64,000 nucleotides of DNA from a virus (taxonomy: Duplodnaviria > Caudoviricetes): the IMG/VR virus record IMGVR_UViG_3300022752_000016, one strand, 5' to 3'. The notes under the pieces were generated by a model. That model did no database searches. It was not told where the DNA came from and worked only from the letters and a program-made list of their open reading frames with translations. The position numbers were made by a program, and so were the translations under genes. Below, piece by piece: positions 11,244-19,314 of the stretch (positions are counted from its first letter, which is position 1; every line of letters begins with the position of its first letter).

Positions 11244-11753
11244 ATGAAGGTAGATAAATATGGTCAAGTTATACTAAATGAAGAGGACTTGTGTGAAGTA
11301 TTATATACAAATCCAAACCATACTTTTGTAAAAGTTTTTACAGAAACTTTAATAAAAATTCCTAATTTCGTACATACTGGTAGTTTTATACCTTCTATAA
11401 ATAACGATAATACAATAGAAGAATTTGATTATAAATTACAAAAAAATTATTATATACCAGAAAAATATAAAAATTTTGATATTAAAAACCATATCAAAAA
11501 TTTATGTAACAACAATTTAGAATTACATAGGGTAGAATTAGAATTAAAGTTGTTTGAAAAATATGATATGATTAATTTGTTAATTTATTTAAAATACTTA
11601 GTAGATATTACAAAACTTCACAATATTGTTTTGGGTGTAGGCAGAGGCAGTAGTGTTGCTAGTTTTGTATTATACTTGCTAGGAATTCATAAAATAAATT
11701 CATTAAAATATAATTTATCAATAAATGAATTTTTTAAAGGAGAAAATTTATGA
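11244..11753 (+). CDS. Short DNA polymerase III alpha (DnaE)-like fragment lacking the catalytic aspartates
   Basis: RVELEL...LGVGRGSSVASFVLYLLGIHKI matches the DnaE GRGS region; ends before the PDIDxD motif. Confidence 0.75.
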   Translation: MKVDKYGQVILNEEDLCEVLYTNPNHTFVKVFTETLIKIPNFVHTGSFIPSINNDNTIEEFDYKLQKNYYIPEKYKNFDIKNHIKNLCNNNLELHRVELELKLFEKYDMINLLIYLKYLVDITKLHNIVLGVGRGSSVASFVLYLLGIHKINSLKYNLSINEFFKGENL

Positions 11754-12133
11754 AGGTTAAAACTGCACAAGGAAAAACTTTGGATATGGGTGCACTAATC
11801 GCTAAAAATGAAAAAGCCAGAGCCGTAGGAAACATGAAGGTTAATGCAAGAGGAGATACAATTGATTCACATAATAATATTATCAAATCTGTAAATGAAA
11901 AAACAGCTAGTGGATATGCAAAAACAGTTGGAAATAAATCAGGCCAAATTGTTCGTCAAACTCCTTTAAGTAATAATCAAAGTACTATGCACACCATTAA
12001 TCAACTGCCTGTAAAACCAATTAATGATGAAGAACAAAATTTATTACAAGATTTACAAGAATTTATAGAGGATGATAAAGACCTTAAAAAAGAAACAAAT
12101 GAAAAGGAAAAAAATGATAGTAAGGAAATTTAA
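11750..12133 (+). CDS. Hypothetical protein
   Basis: 127-aa ORF with GGAG RBS, coupled start. Confidence 0.75.
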   Translation: MKVKTAQGKTLDMGALIAKNEKARAVGNMKVNARGDTIDSHNNIIKSVNEKTASGYAKTVGNKSGQIVRQTPLSNNQSTMHTINQLPVKPINDEEQNLLQDLQEFIEDDKDLKKETNEKEKNDSKEI

Positions 12134-12461
12134 AAAAATCCTACCACTTTATGATTCAGTAATTGTAAGTGATATGATGTTTGAAGAAAGAGTCAGTCAA
12201 GGAGGTATAATAATTCCAAATGATGATATGAAAGATTCTGGAATAAGACCAAGATGGGCAAAAGTCTATGCTATAGGTCCTGATCAAAAAGACATAAAGG
12301 TCGGGCAATATATTTTAATAAGTCATGGTCGTTGGACTAGAGGTATTAAAATTGATGATGGTGATAGTATAAAAACTATCCGTAAAGTGGATAACAATGA
12401 TATATTAATGGTGAGTGATGAACCTGTACATGATCAAACAATGAGTGACAAGGTAGTTTAA
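12114..12461 (+). CDS. groES: Co-chaperonin GroES
   Basis: ILPLYDSVIV, mobile loop EERVSQGGIIIP, VYAIGPDQKDIKVGQ; start moved to the ATG at 12114 with AAGG RBS. Confidence 0.8.
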   Translation: MIVRKFKKILPLYDSVIVSDMMFEERVSQGGIIIPNDDMKDSGIRPRWAKVYAIGPDQKDIKVGQYILISHGRWTRGIKIDDGDSIKTIRKVDNNDILMVSDEPVHDQTMSDKVV

Positions 12462-12901
12462 TGGCTAAATGGCATGTAAGTACTGAGGATAAAAAGTCTG
12501 TTGAAGAACACGAATTTTGGGAAAAAGATGGAATGACCATTATTCGTATTACAGGTTATCGTTGGGGTAGTTGGATTGTTACGACAACAAATGATGACGA
12601 ACCTAATTTTTCTAGAATTAAAAATCCGTTAGGGGATGAAAAAGAAGATAGTATTGACATGAACAATTGTTATGAAAATAACATTGAGGATGTTGAATTA
12701 GAATCACTAGATGATGGTTGGTTTAGTGATATTATGTATCCTGATGATTTTTTGGATGAAGAACATATGAATGAAATTTGGGATGAAGATTCATATGAGG
12801 GATGGGAAAGAGAAGGTTGGATACAGACAGAAACAGAGTGTTGGATAAGTTGTAATTTAATTTGTGAAAAAATTGAGGACAAAAATGAAGTGGTTTTATA
12901 A
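12461..12901 (+). CDS. Hypothetical acidic protein
   Basis: 146-aa coupled ORF. Confidence 0.7.
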   Translation: MAKWHVSTEDKKSVEEHEFWEKDGMTIIRITGYRWGSWIVTTTNDDEPNFSRIKNPLGDEKEDSIDMNNCYENNIEDVELESLDDGWFSDIMYPDDFLDEEHMNEIWDEDSYEGWEREGWIQTETECWISCNLICEKIEDKNEVVL

Positions 12902-13166
12902 TTGGTTAGGTAAAAAATGCCAAAAAGCAATAGAAGAAAATCAAAAAGAAGTAGTATTAGCATCAGACTCTACTAGAGGTATTGACATACGTAGTCGTGG
13001 GATGAATTTTACAGTATATCGTGCTAATGGAGGTCATGTTATTGAAACTAAAAAATATGATAGAAAATGTGATCATATTGATCATGCGTTACATATTATA
13101 ACAGATGATAAGGATTTGGGTGAAGAAATTGGAAGAATTATTACTTTTGAACATTTAAGGAGCTAA
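12885..13166 (+). CDS. Hypothetical protein
   Basis: ATG 12885 with GAGG RBS. Confidence 0.65.
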   Translation: MKWFYNWLGKKCQKAIEENQKEVVLASDSTRGIDIRSRGMNFTVYRANGGHVIETKKYDRKCDHIDHALHIITDDKDLGEEIGRIITFEHLRS

Positions 13167-13170
13167 AATT

Positions 13171-13863
13171 ATGTTTACAATGAGTGAATCTTTTAACCCT
13201 GTTTATAGAACTGCTGAAGAAATAAACACAGCTATGGCAGGCGTTTATAAATGGATGTTTTTAGCAATTAGTGTAAGTATGGGTATTGCGTTTGGAGTTG
13301 GTAGTAATCCTGATTTACTAAATTTCTTTTTTACAGGTCTATTAAAATGGGTCGTAATTTTTGCCCCATTAGTTGCAGTATTCGCAATTTCAATGGCATT
13401 AAATGCTAATCCTCCTAAGGAACTAGCAGTGCTAATGTTAATAGGGTTTTCAGCATTAATGGGATTAAGCTTTTCTACAATTTTTGCAATTTATAAATTG
13501 GGAAGTATTTTTACTGCATTCATGGGTGCAGGTATTTTATTTGGAGTAATGAGTTTTTATGGATATTTTACAAAAAAGAGCTTGGATAGTGTCGGAAAGT
13601 TTATGTTTGTTGGCCTTATCGCTATTATTCTTGCCAGTATTGTCAACATTTTCATCGGTAGTAGTTTATTCAGCATGGTTATTAGCAGTATTGCTATCAT
13701 TGTATTTTTGGGATTGACTGCATATGATACACAAAAAATCCGTGAAATGATTAGTTATGAAACATCTGGAAACATGGAAGTTCAAGGAGCATTGACATTA
13801 TACATGAATTTCATTAATATATTTCTATCTTTACTACAATTATTCGGTGAAAAGAAAGAATGA
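13171..13863 (+). CDS. Bax inhibitor-1/YccA family membrane protein
   Basis: About 7 hydrophobic helices; LTAYDTQKI and ALTLYMNFINIFLSLLQLFG signatures. Confidence 0.9.
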   Translation: MFTMSESFNPVYRTAEEINTAMAGVYKWMFLAISVSMGIAFGVGSNPDLLNFFFTGLLKWVVIFAPLVAVFAISMALNANPPKELAVLMLIGFSALMGLSFSTIFAIYKLGSIFTAFMGAGILFGVMSFYGYFTKKSLDSVGKFMFVGLIAIILASIVNIFIGSSLFSMVISSIAIIVFLGLTAYDTQKIREMISYETSGNMEVQGALTLYMNFINIFLSLLQLFGEKKE

Positions 13864-14786
13864 AAAATAAATTATGGGTTGAAAAATATCGTCCTGTTAC
13901 AGTAGATGAGTATGTTTTTACTGATGAAAAAACTAAACAACTAGTTACAGGTTGGATTAAAGAAGAAACTATTCCACATCTACTGTTATCAGGTGATCCT
14001 GGCACAGGTAAAACTACCTTGGCAAAAGTTCTTATACATGAACTTGGTATTGAAGAATATGATATTCTTGAAATTAATGCTAGTCGTGAAAATGGTATTG
14101 ATACATTACGTGAAAAAATTAATGGTTTCGTACAAACAATGCCATTTGGTAAATTTAAAGTAGTATTATTAGACGAGGCAGATTATTTAACACAACCAAG
14201 TCAGGCTGCTTTACGTAGTGATATGGAAACATATCATATGACTGTGCGTTATATTTTGACATGTAACTACGAGCATAAAATTATCCCTGCATTACGTGAA
14301 AGTCGTTGTCATAAAATACATATAGCTAAACCTGATATGACAGAGTTTACTGCAAGAGCTGCAACTGTTCTGGTTACTGAAAATATTGATTTTGATTTAG
14401 ATGTATTGGATACGTTTATAAGAGCAACATATCCTGATTTGCGTAAATGTCTAAATCAATTACAAATTAATTCAAGTACAGGAAAATTAGTAAGTCCAAA
14501 TAATGATGCTCCAACAGAAAACGAATTGTTACTAGCCGCTACAAATTTAATTAAGAGTGGTAAAATATTAGAGGGTAGACAGCAATTAATGCAATACATT
14601 GCTATGTATCCTACAAGAATAGAAGAAATTTATCGTTGGATGTACGATAATCTTGACTTATGGGGAAGCACAAATGAAAAACGGGACGCAAGTATAATAA
14701 TTATAAGAAATGGTCTTGCAAATCTACCGTTAGTTGGTATACCTGAAATTAGTTTAGCGGCTACTCTTGTTGAGCTTACAACATAA
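13860..14786 (+). CDS. Clamp loader AAA+ subunit (T4 gp44/RFC small-like)
   Basis: WVEKYRP, Walker A GDPGTGKT, INAS, Walker B LLDEAD, ESRC. Confidence 0.92.
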   Translation: MKNKLWVEKYRPVTVDEYVFTDEKTKQLVTGWIKEETIPHLLLSGDPGTGKTTLAKVLIHELGIEEYDILEINASRENGIDTLREKINGFVQTMPFGKFKVVLLDEADYLTQPSQAALRSDMETYHMTVRYILTCNYEHKIIPALRESRCHKIHIAKPDMTEFTARAATVLVTENIDFDLDVLDTFIRATYPDLRKCLNQLQINSSTGKLVSPNNDAPTENELLLAATNLIKSGKILEGRQQLMQYIAMYPTRIEEIYRWMYDNLDLWGSTNEKRDASIIIIRNGLANLPLVGIPEISLAATLVELTT

Positions 14787-14807
14787 ATAGTTTATAGGAG
14801 TAAATTA

Positions 14808-15224
14808 ATGGCTTGGCAAGCAAAAATAATACTTAAAAATTTTATACTATATAATATGGATATTATCCATAATGGTAACAAAATTGCTACTGTTCCAGAA
14901 ATGTCTGAGTATACTTTTTTTTCAGAAATACAAAATAACGAAATGTTTCTGAAATTTTGGACTGAACCCAACGTTTATTTTTTAGAAACTATATTTAATT
15001 TTACTGAAGGTGGACCTGGCTATATAAATAGAGGAATATTACAAGGACAAACCGAGGATATTAAGTTAACATTAATATCAAATAGTGAAATTATTTTTGA
15101 GCAAACTAATGACACTGGAGGAATGAACTTTTTATCTGATCTTTTTGCTAATGGAAATGCAGTTACGTTAGAGTATACACGAGTAACTGTTGCATTAGAA
15201 CAAAACTTAACATTGGATTCTTAG
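14808..15224 (+). CDS. Hypothetical protein, paralog of 15509..15889
   Basis: Shared MxWQ...FxKFW...YIxRG pattern. Confidence 0.7.
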   Translation: MAWQAKIILKNFILYNMDIIHNGNKIATVPEMSEYTFFSEIQNNEMFLKFWTEPNVYFLETIFNFTEGGPGYINRGILQGQTEDIKLTLISNSEIIFEQTNDTGGMNFLSDLFANGNAVTLEYTRVTVALEQNLTLDS

Positions 15225-15226
15225 TA

Positions 15227-15493
15227 ATGAGATATTTACTTATAACATTTTTGCGAAAGAAAGATGGTCAAATTGATGAAATGGTAAGAATTTCAAAAAA
15301 AACAAAACAGGCTGATGTTCAAGTTTGTAATGTTATATTAGATTATGCTGAAAAAAAGATTGACAAATGTGTAATAGAAGGTAAAAAACTGGATACAAAT
15401 TGGGATAAATTAAATGAATATTATAAAAAAATTTATCCTCAGTTAATTGAGCAACTTGAAAAAGAGGCAAAAATTACAGCAATGGAAAAATAA
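15227..15493 (+). CDS. Hypothetical protein
   Basis: 88-aa ORF. Confidence 0.7.
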   Translation: MRYLLITFLRKKDGQIDEMVRISKKTKQADVQVCNVILDYAEKKIDKCVIEGKKLDTNWDKLNEYYKKIYPQLIEQLEKEAKITAMEK

Positions 15494-15508
15494 AATATTG
15501 GAGATTAT

Positions 15509-15889
15509 ATGAGTTGGCAATCGTTATTAGTAATAAAAAACAAGACACAGCATAACATTACTTTGGCTAATGCCTTAGGCGATATTACAACGGTCTTACC
15601 TTCTAGTAATTATAAACATCTAATAAATGAACAAACTACATTAATTATGTTTAAGTTTTGGGAACAAGAAAATAATTTTTTTATGTTAGGCACATTAAAT
15701 ATAAGTTCGGAATTAGGTGTATATATTGATAGAGGTGATTTACCTTTAAATATGCAAAATATAATACTACGAGCAGATATTAATGGTATAGATTATATTC
15801 AAAAAACCAATCTTGGTAGTAAAGTAATGGAATATAATCAGTTTCCTAATGGAGGGTCAATTATTTTAAGATTTGAAAACGGGGCTTAA
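15509..15889 (+). CDS. Hypothetical protein, paralog of 14808..15224
   Basis: GGAG RBS; similarity to 14808. Confidence 0.7.
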   Translation: MSWQSLLVIKNKTQHNITLANALGDITTVLPSSNYKHLINEQTTLIMFKFWEQENNFFMLGTLNISSELGVYIDRGDLPLNMQNIILRADINGIDYIQKTNLGSKVMEYNQFPNGGSIILRFENGA

Positions 15890-15900
15890 GCCCCGTTTTT
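15876..15900. terminator. Bidirectional intrinsic terminator
   Basis: Perfect 24-bp palindrome AAAACGGGGCTTAAGCCCCGTTTT between convergent genes. Confidence 0.85.
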
Positions 15901-16683
15901 TTAACCATATAATTTTAAAATATGTTCAATAATACGGTGTCTACGAATATCTTCTACTTTAAATTCACAAGTTATAAGACCATCGACTTTACACAATTTA
16001 AGTTTGTTTTTTAAATCTAATAAACCATTTTCCGTATTTTTTCTATCAGTTTGTTCAATATCTCCTGTAATAATTATTTTACTATTTTTTCCTATACGTG
16101 TCATAAGCATTTTTAGTTGACTTGGTGTAGCATTTTGGGCTTCATCTAAAATAATCCAGCTATAGTTGAAATTCCTACCACGGCAAAATGCCAATGGCGT
16201 AATTTCAATTATTTGTTCATCTAACATATGTTTTATATCTTTAGCCGAATAATATTCACGTAAAATATCAATCAAAGGTCTTACCCATGGTTCCATTTTT
16301 TGATTTAAATCGCCTGGTAAAAATCCATGTTTTTCGTCATCAACAGTTACAGCTGGTCTAGTTAAAATTATTTTTTCACATTCTTTTTCTCTCAATGCTT
16401 TTATAGCAGTTAACATAGCTAAATAAGTTTTTCCTGTACCAGCAGGTCCCGAAACAACAACGATATCTGTGGTTGGATCATTCAAGAAGTCCAAATAAAT
16501 TTTTTGATTTTCGCTTTGAGCTTTTATAACAACAGATTTCCTATTTTTAAAAGCGTAATTTGCTTGGTTAAAATCTATTGTTTTTGATTGATTCATATAA
16601 AATGTGTTTGATTCATCTAGACTGGTAATGTAGTTTTGTTTGCTATCTTGTTTTCTTAGGGCTCCAGTTTTTCTTTTAGCCAA
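15901..16683 (-). CDS. phoH: PhoH family ATPase
   Basis: GPAGTGKT, LTRPAV, GFLPGDL, RGRNF, ILDEAQN, GDIEQTD. Confidence 0.95.
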   Translation of the reverse strand: MAKRKTGALRKQDSKQNYITSLDESNTFYMNQSKTIDFNQANYAFKNRKSVVIKAQSENQKIYLDFLNDPTTDIVVVSGPAGTGKTYLAMLTAIKALREKECEKIILTRPAVTVDDEKHGFLPGDLNQKMEPWVRPLIDILREYYSAKDIKHMLDEQIIEITPLAFCRGRNFNYSWIILDEAQNATPSQLKMLMTRIGKNSKIIITGDIEQTDRKNTENGLLDLKNKLKLCKVDGLITCEFKVEDIRRHRIIEHILKLYG

Positions 16684-16724
16684 ATTGAATTCTCCTGTAA
16701 TTTTTGTGAACTAGTTCACAACAG

Positions 16725-16731
16725 TATTTAC
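16725..16731 (-). promoter_or_regulatory. Candidate late promoter (GTAAATA) for phoH
   Basis: About 40 nt upstream of the phoH start on the minus strand. Confidence 0.4.
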
Positions 16732-16817
16732 ATTGTTAGATATGTAAAAGATTATACAGTTAAAACACTTTTATTTCAGATAAATAATAGGTTAAGGTTT
16801 AATCTTATTTATGATTT

Positions 16818-16825
16818 GATAAATA
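16818..16825 (+). promoter_or_regulatory. Candidate late promoter (GATAAATA)
   Basis: Directly upstream of ORF 16830. Confidence 0.45.
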
Positions 16826-16829
16826 CTTT

Positions 16830-17447
16830 ATGGGAATAAAAAGAGCAGATAATTTTTTTAATGATGTTGATTTTATCAGCATTGTAAACAATGTAAAGGG
16901 TATATTTACCAGTGATGGAATTATGTCCACGTTACTTGATTTTGAAAGAGTATTGGATGAAGCTGATTTATATGCATTTAGAAATTGGATTATAGGTGAA
17001 TTAGTTGACGGGCCCAACGTAGGTCGTTATAATGTAAAATGTACATTTATGTGGCCTAAAAACTTAATGCCTGATCCAAGGGGGGCTAAAAGATTATTAG
17101 CTATTGGTTGCAAACTTACATTTGCTAAATCTAAAATAAAAGTACCTATAGAAATTAAAGATTATGAAGATTTTGTACCTGGTACAAAGTACCCTAAAAT
17201 GGTAGAAAAATTAGTTTGGTTCGTAGAAATTGAGATCCCATTAGAATTAATGGATGATATTAAAGAGGGTTCTATTGATATTGCAGACCAAACTATTGAC
17301 TTAGATGAAATAGAAGATGCTTACAACAAAGATTTAGATAAAGAAGGTGCCACTCAAGAAAATAAACAGGAAAATCCCCAAAATTTAAATCCTGAAGAAC
17401 AAGATATGGCAAACCCAACCATGTCTATACCTACACAAGGAAAGTAA
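16830..17447 (+). CDS. Hypothetical protein
   Basis: 205-aa ORF. Confidence 0.8.
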   Translation: MGIKRADNFFNDVDFISIVNNVKGIFTSDGIMSTLLDFERVLDEADLYAFRNWIIGELVDGPNVGRYNVKCTFMWPKNLMPDPRGAKRLLAIGCKLTFAKSKIKVPIEIKDYEDFVPGTKYPKMVEKLVWFVEIEIPLELMDDIKEGSIDIADQTIDLDEIEDAYNKDLDKEGATQENKQENPQNLNPEEQDMANPTMSIPTQGK

Positions 17448-17448
17448 T

Positions 17449-17994
17449 ATGAAGGAAAAATTATTACTAGAAGGTCTTGATTACCATGATATGATGGGAC
17501 AGATAGAACCAAAAATTACAGTGGATGAATATGCTGCAAAAATGGGTAAAGATAGTGATATTGTTACTATAACATTTACAGTAAATAGTAAATTAGCGGG
17601 AGATGATTTAGTTGGTTGGCTTGAGCGTGGATATGATTATATACTAGATGCAAGTATTAGCGATGGTGAAATTGAACCTGGCAAATATTTAGTATTTGCA
17701 GAAATGAATCGTAGAACAACAGTTCCTGAGCGTATTATAACTATACTTGACGATTTACAAACATTAACAGATTTAAAGTTAACTGATTGGATTGTAAGTG
17801 TAGAGGAAGAAGAACATGATGCTGACAGTGAATTATTAAAACAAGTAATAGTACTATCTCCACATGAATATAAAAAAGAAAAAGAAAAAGAAGAAGAATT
17901 AAATGAATATCGTGAATTGTCAGGACTAAATGTTAAAAAACTGTATGAAGATGATGAGTATATAAAAAGAATAAAATCAATGGCTGGAATGTAA
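17449..17994 (+). CDS. Hypothetical protein
   Basis: 181-aa ORF. Confidence 0.8.
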   Translation: MKEKLLLEGLDYHDMMGQIEPKITVDEYAAKMGKDSDIVTITFTVNSKLAGDDLVGWLERGYDYILDASISDGEIEPGKYLVFAEMNRRTTVPERIITILDDLQTLTDLKLTDWIVSVEEEEHDADSELLKQVIVLSPHEYKKEKEKEEELNEYRELSGLNVKKLYEDDEYIKRIKSMAGM

Positions 17995-17995
17995 A

Positions 17996-18505
17996 ATGTA
18001 TTTACCAAAGCGTTACACTGAAGAAGAAATGCTAGTAATTACACGTAATGATGAGCATTATGAGGCCATTTGCTCAGATAAGGAGTTTTACGATAAAATG
18101 CAACAATATAATCAAATGGCTAACCAGCAATTAAACTTAACACAATCTGGAAATAATGCAGCACAAAACGCAGAGGTTTTGGTAAAAAATAGTAAAGAAA
18201 GTGAAGATTGGATAAATAAAAAATGGCGTCCAAGTATGGGTTGGATGTATATGGCAGTTTGTATTACTGATTTTATTTTATTTCCAATATTATGGTCATT
18301 GTTACAAGCATTAAGCAAAGGGCAGGTCACTAGCCAATGGCAACCATTAACATTAATGGGAGCAGGTCTTTTTCATATAAGTATGGGGGCGATACTTGGA
18401 ATAGCTGTATATGGCAGGACTAAAGAAAAAATTGAAAATGCTACCAATATGTCTACTAACCTAAATTTTCCAAACAATAACCAAGGATCAAATTTATCTA
18501 AATAA
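17996..18505 (+). CDS. Holin-like membrane protein (3TM/GTA-holin type)
   Basis: KKWRPSMGW...DFILFP...WQPLTLMGAGLFHISMGAILG...GRTKEK. Confidence 0.65.
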   Translation: MYLPKRYTEEEMLVITRNDEHYEAICSDKEFYDKMQQYNQMANQQLNLTQSGNNAAQNAEVLVKNSKESEDWINKKWRPSMGWMYMAVCITDFILFPILWSLLQALSKGQVTSQWQPLTLMGAGLFHISMGAILGIAVYGRTKEKIENATNMSTNLNFPNNNQGSNLSK

Positions 18506-18520
18506 ATGTTATACTAGGTA

Positions 18521-19306
18521 ATGAATTATTATAATATATTAGGCATAGACAAAAAAGCTACGCCTGATGACATAAAAAAAGCATATAGAAGATTAGCTAG
18601 CCAGCATCATCCTGATAAAGGAGGAGATACTTCCAAATTTCAAGAAATACAAACAGCATATGAAACTTTATGCGATCCTGTTAAAAAACAACAATATGAT
18701 AATCCTGTGCATATAAGAGGACAAAATGGATTTGAATTTAATTTTAATCCAGACAATATAAATGATATTTTGCATCAATTTGGTGGAATACATAATATTT
18801 TTAATCAAAATAGAGGGCTGCAAACTTTTAGAACTATAGTACAACTATCTTTAATGGATGCTTATCAAGGGGTTAAAAAAGCTTTGCAAATACACACAAA
18901 TACTGGATCAAGTATAATAAGTATTGATATACCAAAAGGCATCATGTCAGGACAGCAAATTAAATATGAACAATTGATTCCCAATGCCAATTTATTGGTT
19001 GAATTTGTAGTACAACCTGATTTACACTATGATAGGCAAATGCATGATTTGTATTCAAATGTTCCTATTTCTATATTTAAGTTAATAACTGGAACTACTT
19101 TGAATTTTACTACAATTTCGGGGAAAATGTTAGAGATTGAAGTAAAGCCAATAACACAACCACACATGCAATTAAAATTAATTGGTCAAGGTATGCCTAT
19201 TATAAATTCTTCTAAATTTGGTGACCAAATACTATTGCTTAAACCATTTATACCTGATACTATACACAGTGATATAGTAGATATTTTGAATAAACACAAA
19301 GAGTAA
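18521..19306 (+). CDS. dnaJ: DnaJ/CbpA-like co-chaperone
   Basis: J domain YYNILG...IKKAYRRLASQHHPDKGG; C-terminal DnaJ domain; no zinc finger. Confidence 0.9.
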   Translation: MNYYNILGIDKKATPDDIKKAYRRLASQHHPDKGGDTSKFQEIQTAYETLCDPVKKQQYDNPVHIRGQNGFEFNFNPDNINDILHQFGGIHNIFNQNRGLQTFRTIVQLSLMDAYQGVKKALQIHTNTGSSIISIDIPKGIMSGQQIKYEQLIPNANLLVEFVVQPDLHYDRQMHDLYSNVPISIFKLITGTTLNFTTISGKMLEIEVKPITQPHMQLKLIGQGMPIINSSKFGDQILLLKPFIPDTIHSDIVDILNKHKE

Positions 19307-19314
19307 ATATAATT

